From Spirochaetia bacterium (lineage in GTDB: Bacteria > Spirochaetota > Spirochaetia > SZUA-6 > Bin103), in NCBI GenBank assembly GCA_965203055.1, contig OZ241863.1, positions 512,001 through 576,000 on the forward strand: a stretch of 64,000 bases of DNA. Direction: 5' to 3'. Shown piece by piece: positions 19,615 through 28,921 of the stretch. Every line of letters starts with the position of its first letter. The stretch's first letter is position 1. The position numbers were made by a program, and so were the translations under genes. A model generated the notes under the pieces. The model was not told the origin of the DNA. It did no database searches and saw nothing but the letters and a program-made list of their open reading frames with translations.

Positions 19615-20354
19615 CCATGGATGAGCGGCGCAGGATCATCGGCTTCGATCGCAAGCTCAGCTTGAGCTGGTTGGACGCGACCGCCGACTGGACGGCGCAG
19701 GGCCTGCCCGCGGCCGCGATACGGAAGCGGCTCGACCGCCTGCTCGACGGGCAGGTAGCGGGCGGCGGCCCCCACAGCGCGCGCGGCAAGACCATGACCG
19801 TGCTGCTGCATCTCTGGGTGCTGATCCCGGACGAACTCGGCCCCTTGCGGGACGATGGCATCGACCTGCTGCGCGGCCGCTCCGGCCGCGACCGCCTGCC
19901 GGTCCACTGGGGCATGTGCCTGGCCACCTATCCGTTCTTTCGCGACGTGGCCGCAACGACCGGCCGGCTCCTTGCTCTGCAGGGCCGCGCCGCGCTGGCG
20001 CAGATCGTCCGGCGCACCACCGAATCCTGGGGCGCCCGGAGCACCGTGACGCGCGCTGCGCAACGCATCGTCCGCTCCTTCGTCGGCTGGGGCGTTCTGG
20101 CCGAGACCGGCGAGCGCGGCATCTTCGCGCCCGCGCCAAGAATCGCCGTGCACGACGGCGGCACGGCCGCCTGGCTGCTGGAAGCCGGCATCGCCGCCGC
20201 CGGCCACCGGGAGTACCCGCTCCGCAGCCTTGCCGGTCAAGCCTCGTTCTACCCACTCGATCTGCGCCTGGCCGCCCGCGACGTCCGTCTCCGCCCGCGG
20301 CTGGCGCTCCATCATCGAGGGATCGACGGGCCGGTCGTTACCGGCGATGGCTGA
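19611..20354 (+). CDS. brxA: BREX-3 BrxA-like protein
   Basis: ATGA-coupled to pglZ; IGFDRKL..WLD, HWGMCLATYPFF; terminal gene position of BREX-3. Confidence 0.7.
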   Translation: MTMDERRRIIGFDRKLSLSWLDATADWTAQGLPAAAIRKRLDRLLDGQVAGGGPHSARGKTMTVLLHLWVLIPDELGPLRDDGIDLLRGRSGRDRLPVHWGMCLATYPFFRDVAATTGRLLALQGRAALAQIVRRTTESWGARSTVTRAAQRIVRSFVGWGVLAETGERGIFAPAPRIAVHDGGTAAWLLEAGIAAAGHREYPLRSLAGQASFYPLDLRLAARDVRLRPRLALHHRGIDGPVVTGDG

Positions 20355-20410
20355 GGCGGGATTGCGGCCGGGGCCGCGGCGGGTCAGCCGATTGCTCCGG
20401 CTGCTCAGTA

Positions 20411-22528
20411 CCTTTCCCACTCGGCGCCCTTGCAGGGTAAGCTGAAGGGCAACCTACGTAATCCCGTAAGAGGGGAGGTTCACATTATGCGTAAACCGTA
20501 CTGGGCAGCCCTTGCTGCCATCGTCCTGTGCGCCGGCACGGCGTTTGCCGCAGGCGAAACCGAAGGGGGCGGCAGCGACGCCGCCATGGGCGACATGGGC
20601 GGCGCCATGATGGTGGACTTCGAGCCTACCCGGCAGGTGGTGCAATACAACACCATCGCCGACTATGAACGCGCGACCGGGAACAAGATCAGCTCGTTCC
20701 AGCAGTCGCCGATGCTCGATCCGCTGGTGGCCAACGGCTCGCTGCCGCCGGTGGAAGACCGGCTGCCGGATGAACCGCTGGTGATGCAGCCGGCCGACCG
20801 CATCGCCGAGTACGGCGGCACCATGATCAACGGCCACGAAGGCAACGTCGACTTCCTCGAAGACCTGCTGCGCGAGTTCCCGCACGTGTACGGCTCCGAC
20901 ATGCAGGGCGTGCTGCCCAACGTGTTCATGCAGGCCGACACCAGCGCCGACGGCAGGACGACCACCTTCACCATCCGTCCCGGGATCAAGTGGTCGGACG
21001 GCGAGCCGTTCGGGGCGGACGACTTCATGTTCTGGTACGAGGCGGTCGCGCTCAACCAGGAGTTGCGGCCCAACGGGGTGAACAACATGAAGGCCGGCGG
21101 GGAGATGGGAACGGTCGCCAAGGTGGACGACAACACCATCGTGATGACCTTCCGGGCGCCGTACGGGGTGTTGCACGAGCGCCTCAACCGGTGGCGGCCG
21201 ATGCCGTACCGCCCGGCGCACTACCTGAAGCAGTTCCATCCCGGCTACACCGACGCCGGCGAGGTGGCCGCCGCCGCCAAGGAGAAGGGGTTCAACACCT
21301 GGGTCGAGCTGTTCTGGGACGAAGCCTACTGGTACAACAACCCGAACACGCCGACCATCTTCGCCTGGCGCACGCTCAACCGGGGCAACAGCGCGCCGGT
21401 GCAGGAGCTGGAGCGCAACCCCTACTACTGGAAGATCGACATCGCCGGCAACCAGCTTCCCTACATCGACCGCGTGAGCCGCCCCAACATGGGCGACCGC
21501 GAGGCGATTCTGCTCAAGGTGCTGGCCGGCGAGAACGACTACATGAATCCGTACACCCTCGGTTTCAGCACCAACTACCCGGTACTGAAGCAGAACGAGG
21601 AGCGCGGCGGGTACCGGCTCTATCCGCAGTTCGGCTGGTCGAACGTGGTGGGGGTCGTCGTCTTCAACATGTCGATCGACGATCCGGTGCTGCGCGAGCT
21701 GTTCCGCGACAAGGAGTTCCGCATCGCGCTGTCGATCGGCTACGACCGCGACGAGATCAACGAGGTGGTGTTCAGCGGGCAATACAAGCCGTCCCAGGTG
21801 GCGCCCCCCGACTCGTCGGTGTACGACGGCGGCAGCGCCGCCTTCAAGCAACACATCGAGCATGACCCGGACCGGGCCAACCAGATACTGGACGGTCTCG
21901 GCCTGACCTGGAACAGCGACCGCAGCCAGCGCCTGCTGCCGGACGGGCGTCCGTTCGAGCTGGTGGCGCAGGTGCATACCGGCTGGATTCAGCAGGTGCC
22001 GATCGCCGAGCTGATCGCGCAGGGCTGGGAAGACCTCGGCCTCAAGACCGTCATTCGGCCGCTGCAGGGCAGCGACCACTCGGCGCGCCGGTCGGCGGGC
22101 GACTACGAACTGCAGATTCGTCCGGTCAACTGGGCCGGCGTCGCGCCGATCATCGGCGCGCTGCGCTGCGAGCCGGTGCCGATCTGCCCCAACTGGTTGG
22201 TCAATCCGCCGTGGGCGCGCTGGGTCCTGACCGGAGGCGCCGACGGCGAGGAGCCGCCGGCGGGGGTGAAGCGGTTGTATCAGATCTTCGAGGAGTTCCT
22301 GGCCGAGCCCGACGCCCAAAAGCGGTTCGAGCTGGAAGCTGAGATGTACCGCATCCACCAGGACAACCTGTGGCTGATCGGCTCCATCAAGCAGCCGGCG
22401 GACCTGCTGCAGATCCGCTACGCGCCGTTCTCCAACCGCATGTACAACATTCCCGACCCGGTGGCGCCCGAGTGGTATTACTCCGCTCCCGAAACCTGGG
22501 CCTACCGCGCCGACGGCTGACCGGCGGC
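20411..22528 (+). repeat. Copy 1 of a ~2.1-kb direct duplication (oxidoreductase 3' tail, leader and SBP gene)
   Basis: Near-identical to 23533-25646, including leader and the 8 nt after the stop. Confidence 0.9.
20487..22520 (+). CDS. ABC transporter substrate-binding protein, family 5 (copy 1)
   Basis: Signal peptide; LPPVEDRLPDEP, GIKWSDG, ERNPYYWKID..GNQLPYID. Confidence 0.9.
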   Translation: MRKPYWAALAAIVLCAGTAFAAGETEGGGSDAAMGDMGGAMMVDFEPTRQVVQYNTIADYERATGNKISSFQQSPMLDPLVANGSLPPVEDRLPDEPLVMQPADRIAEYGGTMINGHEGNVDFLEDLLREFPHVYGSDMQGVLPNVFMQADTSADGRTTTFTIRPGIKWSDGEPFGADDFMFWYEAVALNQELRPNGVNNMKAGGEMGTVAKVDDNTIVMTFRAPYGVLHERLNRWRPMPYRPAHYLKQFHPGYTDAGEVAAAAKEKGFNTWVELFWDEAYWYNNPNTPTIFAWRTLNRGNSAPVQELERNPYYWKIDIAGNQLPYIDRVSRPNMGDREAILLKVLAGENDYMNPYTLGFSTNYPVLKQNEERGGYRLYPQFGWSNVVGVVVFNMSIDDPVLRELFRDKEFRIALSIGYDRDEINEVVFSGQYKPSQVAPPDSSVYDGGSAAFKQHIEHDPDRANQILDGLGLTWNSDRSQRLLPDGRPFELVAQVHTGWIQQVPIAELIAQGWEDLGLKTVIRPLQGSDHSARRSAGDYELQIRPVNWAGVAPIIGALRCEPVPICPNWLVNPPWARWVLTGGADGEEPPAGVKRLYQIFEEFLAEPDAQKRFELEAEMYRIHQDNLWLIGSIKQPADLLQIRYAPFSNRMYNIPDPVAPEWYYSAPETWAYRADG

Positions 22529-22530
22529 CT

Positions 22531-23562
22531 GTGATGCGTTTGGCAGCTCTTTCGTACAGTCATCATGGGCGCGGCATCGCCGCCGCCGCGCGCGACCTTG
22601 GCCATGAGGTGGTCGCGGTCATGGACCCGGAGGCGGAGCCGCGGCAGCAACTGGAGCAGCAGTTCCACTGTCCCGGCTACGCGGCGGCCGGCGCCTGCCT
22701 GGACGCGGCCCGGCCCGACGCCGCCATCGTGTGCGGCAAGCACGTCGCCATTCCCGGCTACGTGCAGGCGTGCGTCGACCGCCGGATTCCCTATCTGCTG
22801 GACAAGCCGTTCGCGGACTGCGCCGCGCGCCTGCGGCCGGCCGCCGAGGCCACCATCGCGCACGGCGTCCCGCACGCCCTTACCCTGCCCAACCGCGGCA
22901 GCCTGCTGGTCGAGAAGGTGGCGCGGATGACGGCGGACGGCAGTCTCGGCGACTTGATCCTGTACAGCAGCCGGCTCAACAACGGGCCGCCGACCCGCTA
23001 CGACCCGACCCCCTCCTACTGGCTCAACCTGCCGGCGCAGTCGGGCGGCGGCTCGTGGATCGTGGAGGCATCGCACGGCATCGACACCTTTCTCCAGTTC
23101 GCCGGCGCCGGGCCGGTCACGGTGGTGGGCGGCGTGCTCTCCAACCTGCTGCACCGCCGCGCGGTGGAAGACACCGCGGTGGGCGTGATCCGCACCGCAA
23201 CGGGAGTCACCGGGATCATCGAGTCGGGTTTCAACTACCCCTCCGGCGCGCGCGCCGGCGACCACTTCTTTCGCTTCGTGGGCAGCAAGGCAACGGTGAT
23301 CGAACGCTACGGCGACCGCGGCGAACCGCTGATCGAAGTGCACACCGGCGGCGGCGCGGCGATCACCCCGGACCTTGGCCACGGCGAACGGATGCGGCGC
23401 GTGGTGCAATGGGGCCTGGAGGCGATTGCCGAGGGGCGCAGCGGCGATCCCGACGTGATGCAGGCGGTGCGGGTGCTGGAAGTGCAGGACGCGGTGTACG
23501 AGTACGCGCGTACCACCGCCGCCGCGGCCGGCCCCTTCCCCCTCGGCGCCCCTGCAGGGTAA
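22531..23562 (+). CDS. Gfo/Idh/MocA family oxidoreductase
   Basis: LLDKPFA, SGGGSWIVEASHGID, VEDTAV motifs. Confidence 0.85.
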   Translation: MMRLAALSYSHHGRGIAAAARDLGHEVVAVMDPEAEPRQQLEQQFHCPGYAAAGACLDAARPDAAIVCGKHVAIPGYVQACVDRRIPYLLDKPFADCAARLRPAAEATIAHGVPHALTLPNRGSLLVEKVARMTADGSLGDLILYSSRLNNGPPTRYDPTPSYWLNLPAQSGGGSWIVEASHGIDTFLQFAGAGPVTVVGGVLSNLLHRRAVEDTAVGVIRTATGVTGIIESGFNYPSGARAGDHFFRFVGSKATVIERYGDRGEPLIEVHTGGGAAITPDLGHGERMRRVVQWGLEAIAEGRSGDPDVMQAVRVLEVQDAVYEYARTTAAAAGPFPLGAPAG

Positions 23563-25646
23563 GCTGGGCGGAACCTACGTATCCCGTAAGAGGAGGCTCA
23601 CATTATGCGTAAACCGTACTGGGCAGCCCTTGCTGCCATCGTCCTGTGCGCCGGCACGGCGTTTGCCGCAGGCGAAACCGAAGGGGGCGGCAGCGACGCC
23701 GCCATGGACGACATGGGCGGCGCCATGATGGTTGACTTCGAGCCCACCCGCCAGGTGGTGCAGTACAACACCATCGGCGACTACGAACGCGCGACCGGGA
23801 ACAGCATCAGTTCGTTCCAGCAGTCGCCGGTGCTCGATCCGCTGGTGGCCAACGGCTCGCTGCCGCCGGTGGAAGACCGGCTGCCGGATGAACCGCTGGT
23901 AATGCAGCCGGCCGACCGCATCGCCGAGTACGGCGGCACCATGATCAACGGCCACGAAGGCAACGTCGACTTCCTCGAAGACCTGCTGCGCGAGTTCCCG
24001 CACGTGTACGGCTCCGACATGCAGGGCGTGTTGCCCAACGTGTTCATGCAGGCCGACACCAGCGCCGACGGCAGGACGACCACGTTCACCATCCGTCCCG
24101 GGATCAAGTGGTCGGACGGCCAGCCGTTCGGGGCGGACGACTTCATGTTCTGGTATGAGGCGATAGCGCTCAACGAGGAGCTGCGGCCCAACGGGGTGAA
24201 CAACATGAAGGCAGGCGGGGAGATGGGAACGGTCGCCAAGGTAGACGACAACACCATCGTGATGACCTTCCGGGCGCCGTACGGGGTGCTGCACGAGCGT
24301 CTCAACCGGTGGCGGCCGATGCCGTACCGCCCGGCGCACTACCTGAAGCAGTTCCATCCCGGCTACACCGACGCCGGCGAGGTGGACGCGACGGCCAAGG
24401 AGAGGGGGTTCAACTCGTGGGCCGAGCTGTTCTGGGACGAAGCCTACTGGTACAACAACCCGAACACGCCGACCATCTTCGCCTGGCGCACGCTCAACCG
24501 GGGCAACAGCGCGCCGGTGCAGGAGTTGGAGCGCAACCCCTACTACTGGAAGATCGACATCGCGGGCAACCAGCTTCCCTACATCGACCGGGTAAGCCGC
24601 CCCAACATGGGCGACCGCGAAGCGATTCTGCTCAAGGTAATGGCCGGCGAGAACGACTACATGAACCCGTACACCCTCGGCTACGCCACCAACTACCCGG
24701 TGCTGAAGCAGAACGAGGACCGCGGCGGATACCGGCTCTATCCGCAGTTCGGCTGGTCGGACGTGCTGGGGGTCATCACCTTCAACATGTCGATCGACGA
24801 TCCGGTGCTGCGCGAGCTGTTCCGCGACAAGGACTTTCGCATCGCGCTGTCGATCGGCTACGACCGCGACGAGATCAACGAGGTGGTGTTCAAGGGACAG
24901 TACAAGCCGTCGCAGGTGGCGCCGCCCGACTCGTCGGTGTACGACGGCGGCAGCGCGGCCTTCAAGCAGCACATGGAGCACGACCCGGACCGCGCCAACC
25001 AGATTCTGGACGGTCTTGGCCTGACCTGGAACGGCGACCGCAGCCAGCGCATGCTGCCGGACGGGCGTCCGTTCGAGCTGGTGGCGCAGGTGCATACCGG
25101 CTGGATTCAGCAGGTGCCGATCGCCGAGCTGATCGCGCAGGGCTGGGAGGACCTTGGCCTCAAGACCGTCATTCGGCCACTGCAGGGCAGCGACCACTCG
25201 GCGCGCCGGTCATCCGGCGACTACGAGCTGCAGATTCGTCCGGTCAACTGGGCGGGCGCCGCGCCGATCATCGGCGCGCTGCGCTGCGAACCGGTGCCGG
25301 TCTGTCCCAACTGGCTGGTCAATCCGCCGTGGGCGCGCTGGGTCCTGACCGGCGGCGCCGACGGCGAGGAGCCGCCGGCGGGGGTGAAGCGGTTGTATCA
25401 GATCTTCGAGGAGTTCCTGGCTGAGACCGACGCCCAAAAGCGGTTCGACCTGGAAGCGGAGATGTACCGCATCCACCAGGACAACTTGTGGATCATCGGC
25501 TCCATCAAGCAGCCGGCGGACCTGGTGCAGGTCTACTACGCGCCGTTCTCCAACCGCATGTACAACATTCCCAACCCGGTGGCGCCCGAGTGGTATTACG
25601 CCGCTCCCGAAACCTGGGCGTACCGCGCCGACGGCTGACCGGCGGC
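23533..25646 (+). repeat. Copy 2 of the ~2.1-kb direct duplication
   Basis: Near-identical to 20411-22528. Confidence 0.9.
23605..25638 (+). CDS. ABC transporter substrate-binding protein, family 5 (copy 2)
   Basis: 677 aa, near-identical to copy 1. Confidence 0.9.
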   Translation: MRKPYWAALAAIVLCAGTAFAAGETEGGGSDAAMDDMGGAMMVDFEPTRQVVQYNTIGDYERATGNSISSFQQSPVLDPLVANGSLPPVEDRLPDEPLVMQPADRIAEYGGTMINGHEGNVDFLEDLLREFPHVYGSDMQGVLPNVFMQADTSADGRTTTFTIRPGIKWSDGQPFGADDFMFWYEAIALNEELRPNGVNNMKAGGEMGTVAKVDDNTIVMTFRAPYGVLHERLNRWRPMPYRPAHYLKQFHPGYTDAGEVDATAKERGFNSWAELFWDEAYWYNNPNTPTIFAWRTLNRGNSAPVQELERNPYYWKIDIAGNQLPYIDRVSRPNMGDREAILLKVMAGENDYMNPYTLGYATNYPVLKQNEDRGGYRLYPQFGWSDVLGVITFNMSIDDPVLRELFRDKDFRIALSIGYDRDEINEVVFKGQYKPSQVAPPDSSVYDGGSAAFKQHMEHDPDRANQILDGLGLTWNGDRSQRMLPDGRPFELVAQVHTGWIQQVPIAELIAQGWEDLGLKTVIRPLQGSDHSARRSSGDYELQIRPVNWAGAAPIIGALRCEPVPVCPNWLVNPPWARWVLTGGADGEEPPAGVKRLYQIFEEFLAETDAQKRFDLEAEMYRIHQDNLWIIGSIKQPADLVQVYYAPFSNRMYNIPNPVAPEWYYAAPETWAYRADG

Positions 25647-25688
25647 TTCCGGTAGCAGCCGACTGCCGGTAGCGGCCATCCCGCGGGA

Positions 25689-25713
25689 CCCCGCGCCGCC
25701 CGGCGGCGCGGGG
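25689..25713. other. Intercistronic GC stem-loop after the SBP gene
   Basis: CCCCGCGCCGC-ccg-GCGGCGCGGGG, 11-bp stem with no U-tract. Confidence 0.5.
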
Positions 25714-25813
25714 CTCCCCGGCAGGGCGCGCGGCGCCGGGCGCGGCAATCGAAATCGAAAGCCGCGCTGCGGCGCCGGGGCCCGCGGCCGCCGCCGGCGG
25801 ACAGGTCAATCTC

Positions 25814-26800
25814 ATGGCGCGCTTCATCGGCTGGCGGCTGCTGGTCATGATTCCCACGCTGATCATCATCAGCGTGGTGGGCTTCATCATCATTCAGGCG
25901 CCGCCCGGCGACTACGTGACCTCCTACGTCGCGGTGCGCGAGTCGCGCGGCGAGATGGTCGAGCCGGAACTGGTCGACGCGCTGCGCGCCAGCTTCGGCC
26001 TCGACCGGCCGATCCACGTCCAGTACTGGCGCTGGCTCACCAACCTGGTGCAGGGGCGGCTGGGCTACGCGATGCAACTCAAGGAGCCGGTGACCCAGGT
26101 GATCGCGGCCCGGCTGCCGGCCAGCATCTCCATCTCGCTGTTCTCGCTGATCATCGTCTACGTGATCGGGGTGCCGATCGGCATTCTGTCCGCCACCCGG
26201 CAGTACTCCGCGGCGGACTACGTGTTCACGGTGATCGGGTTTCTCGGCGTTGCGACGCCCAACTTTCTGTTCGCGCTGGTGATGCTCTGGCTGCTGTTCC
26301 TGTGGACCGGCAACGTGGCCGTGGGGCTCTACTCGCCGGAGTTCCAGAATGCCCCGTTCAGTCTGGCCAAGGTGCTGGACCTGTTGGGTCACATCTGGAT
26401 TCCGGCGCTGGTGGTCGCCACCGCCGGCACCGCGGAGCTGATCCGCACCATGCGCGCCAACCTGCTCGACGAGCTGCACCGGCCCTACGTGATCGTGGCG
26501 CGGGCGCGCGGCGTGGGGCCGACCAAGCTGCTCTACAAGTATCCGCTGCGCATTGCCTTCAACCCGGTGATCAGCACCGTCGGCTGGACCCTGCCGGCGC
26601 TGGTGGAAGGGGAGGTGCTGGTCTCCCTGGTGCTGGGGCTGCCTACCCTGGCGCCGGTGCTGTTGCGCTCGCTGCAGCAGCAGGACATGTTCCTGGCCGC
26701 CAGCATCGTGATGATCCTGGCGCTGCTGACGCTGGTGGGCACGCTGCTCAGCGACATCCTGCTGGCGGTGGTGGACCCGCGCATCCGGGAGGCGGTGTGA
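25814..26800 (+). CDS. Peptide/nickel-type ABC permease (DppB/OppB-like)
   Basis: FGLDRPIHVQYWRW, ARARGV (EAA loop), LLSDILLAVVDPRIR. Confidence 0.9.
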   Translation: MARFIGWRLLVMIPTLIIISVVGFIIIQAPPGDYVTSYVAVRESRGEMVEPELVDALRASFGLDRPIHVQYWRWLTNLVQGRLGYAMQLKEPVTQVIAARLPASISISLFSLIIVYVIGVPIGILSATRQYSAADYVFTVIGFLGVATPNFLFALVMLWLLFLWTGNVAVGLYSPEFQNAPFSLAKVLDLLGHIWIPALVVATAGTAELIRTMRANLLDELHRPYVIVARARGVGPTKLLYKYPLRIAFNPVISTVGWTLPALVEGEVLVSLVLGLPTLAPVLLRSLQQQDMFLAASIVMILALLTLVGTLLSDILLAVVDPRIREAV

Positions 26801-26841
26801 GGCGCCGCGGCCGCCGCGCGCGCCGCCGGGAGCGGGCGGAA

Positions 26842-27864
26842 GTGCCGGAGCTGGCCGGAGATGCGCTGCTCTCGGTGCGCAACCTGCAGACCTGGTTCTT
26901 TTCCCGCGAAGGTGTGGTGCGGGCGGTGGACGGGGTGAGCTTCGAGGTGACGCAGGGGGAGATTCTCGGCATCGCCGGGGAGAGCGGCTGCGGCAAGAGC
27001 GTCACCAGCCAGTCGATTCTGCGCATCGTGCCGGACAACGGCCGCATCGTCGGCGGCCGCATCCTGTTCCGCAGCGACGGCGCCGGCGCCACCCTCGACC
27101 TTGCCGCCGAGGAAGCGGACGGCGCGTTGATTCGCAGCATCCGCGGCAAGGAAATCGCCATGGTGTTCCAGGAGCCGATGACCTCGTTCAGCCCGGTGCA
27201 CACGATTGGCAACCAGATCATCGAAACGGTGCGCATCCACCAGCAGGTCAGCGAGCAGCAGGCGCGCGCCCAGGCGCTGGAGATGCTGCGCCGCGTCGGC
27301 ATGCCGAGCCCGGCGCAGAACATCGACCAATACACCTTCAACCTCTCCGGCGGCATGCGGCAGCGCGCGATGGTGGCCATGGCGCTGGCGTGTCAGCCCA
27401 AGCTGCTCATTGCCGACGAGCCCACCACCGCGGTGGACGTCACGATCCAGGCGCAGATGCTGGAGCTGATGCGCGAGATTCAGGCCGAGTTGGGGATGGC
27501 GATCATCATGATCACCCATGACCTGGGCGTGATCGCCGAGATGTGCGATCGGGTGATGATCATGTATCTCGGCAAGGAGGTGGAGTACGGCGCCGTGGAG
27601 GACATATTCCACCGCCCGCAGCACCCCTACACGCGCGGTCTGTTGGCCTCGATTCCGAAGATGGAGCCGGGGCGGGTGGAGATCGACCCGATCGAGGGGG
27701 TAGTGCCGAGCCCCTACGCGATGCCGGCCGGCTGCAAGTTCCATCCCCGCTGCCGCGACCTCATGGCCGGGGTGTGCGAGCGGCGCGACCCGCCGCTTAC
27801 CGACGTCGCCCCCGGGCACGCGGTGAGCTGCTTTCTGTACGGCGGCCGCGAGGAGGTAGCGTAG
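26842..27864 (+). CDS. ABC ATP-binding protein (DppD/OppD-like)
   Basis: GESGCGKS, LSGGMRQR, IADEPTT, C-terminal Cys cluster; start uncertain (26797 or 26842). Confidence 0.88.
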   Translation: MPELAGDALLSVRNLQTWFFSREGVVRAVDGVSFEVTQGEILGIAGESGCGKSVTSQSILRIVPDNGRIVGGRILFRSDGAGATLDLAAEEADGALIRSIRGKEIAMVFQEPMTSFSPVHTIGNQIIETVRIHQQVSEQQARAQALEMLRRVGMPSPAQNIDQYTFNLSGGMRQRAMVAMALACQPKLLIADEPTTAVDVTIQAQMLELMREIQAELGMAIIMITHDLGVIAEMCDRVMIMYLGKEVEYGAVEDIFHRPQHPYTRGLLASIPKMEPGRVEIDPIEGVVPSPYAMPAGCKFHPRCRDLMAGVCERRDPPLTDVAPGHAVSCFLYGGREEVA

Positions 27865-27865
27865 C

Positions 27866-28921
27866 GTGAGCGCGCCGCCGCCGATCGTGGCCGTACGCAA
27901 TCTGGTCAAGCACTTCCCCGTCGAGCGCGGCTTCCTGCGCCGCAAGGTGGGGTTGGTGAAGGCGGTGGACGACGTGAGCTTCGAGCTGAACTCGGGCGAA
28001 ACGCTGGCCCTGGTAGGCGAGAGCGGCTGCGGCAAGACCACCACCGGGCGCTGCGTCATCCAGGCGCTCAAGCCCACCTCCGGCGCCGTGTGGTTCGCGC
28101 TCGACGGGGCCGCTCCGGTCGATCTGACCCGCCTGGAGTTGCGCGAGCTGAAGCTGGCGCGGCGCAACATCCGCATGATCTATCAGGATCCCTATTCCTC
28201 CCTGAACGCGCGCATGACCCTGCTGCAGATCATCGGCGAGCCGCTGGTGATCAACCGGTTCACCTCCGGGCGCGCCGAGCTGCAGGAGCGGGTGGCGGAG
28301 CTGTTGCGCATGGTGCGCCTGGATCCGGCGCTGATGAACCGCTATCCGCACGCCTTCAGCGGCGGCCAGCGGCAGCGCATCGCCATCGCGCGCGCCCTGG
28401 CCCTGCAGCCCAAGGTGGTGATCGCCGACGAGCCGGTGTCCGCCCTGGACGTCTCGGTGCAGGCGCAGATTCTCAATCTGCTCAAGGAGCTGCAGACCCG
28501 GCTCGGGCTCACCTACCTGTTCGTGGCGCATAACCTGGCGGTGGTGAAGTACGAGGCGGAGCGGGTGGCGGTGATGTACGCCGGCAAGATCGTGGAAACC
28601 GCGGAGACCGAAGAACTGTACCTGCGGCCGCGCCATCCCTACACCGAGGCGTTGATGTCGGCGGCGCCCAACCCGGATCCCGCCACCCGCGACCGGCCGC
28701 GCATCGTGCTGCGCGGCGAGGTGGCGGATCCGAGCAATCTCCCGGCCGGCTGCGCGTTTCACCCGCGTTGCCACTACGCGCAGGAGCGGTGCCGCGCCGA
28801 GGCGCCGAGGCTGCGGGCGGTGGCGCCGCAGCGGGCGCAGGAGGCGCCGCATCAGGCGGCCTGCCACTTTGCCGAGGAGCTGGCCCTGGCCGGCATCAAG
28901 CCGCCGGAAGCGGTCGCATGA
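27866..28921 (+). CDS. ABC ATP-binding protein (DppF/OppF-like)
   Basis: GESGCGKT, FSGGQRQR, DEPVSALD, GCAFHPRC. Confidence 0.9.
   Translation: MSAPPPIVAVRNLVKHFPVERGFLRRKVGLVKAVDDVSFELNSGETLALVGESGCGKTTTGRCVIQALKPTSGAVWFALDGAAPVDLTRLELRELKLARRNIRMIYQDPYSSLNARMTLLQIIGEPLVINRFTSGRAELQERVAELLRMVRLDPALMNRYPHAFSGGQRQRIAIARALALQPKVVIADEPVSALDVSVQAQILNLLKELQTRLGLTYLFVAHNLAVVKYEAERVAVMYAGKIVETAETEELYLRPRHPYTEALMSAAPNPDPATRDRPRIVLRGEVADPSNLPAGCAFHPRCHYAQERCRAEAPRLRAVAPQRAQEAPHQAACHFAEELALAGIKPPEAVA

Noticed and set aside
160..20410. att-like direct repeats bounding the BREX island (e.g. GCTCCGGCTG at 316 and 20394)
   Set aside because: Only short GC-rich matches, one inside brxF; no tRNA or integrase; compatible with chance.
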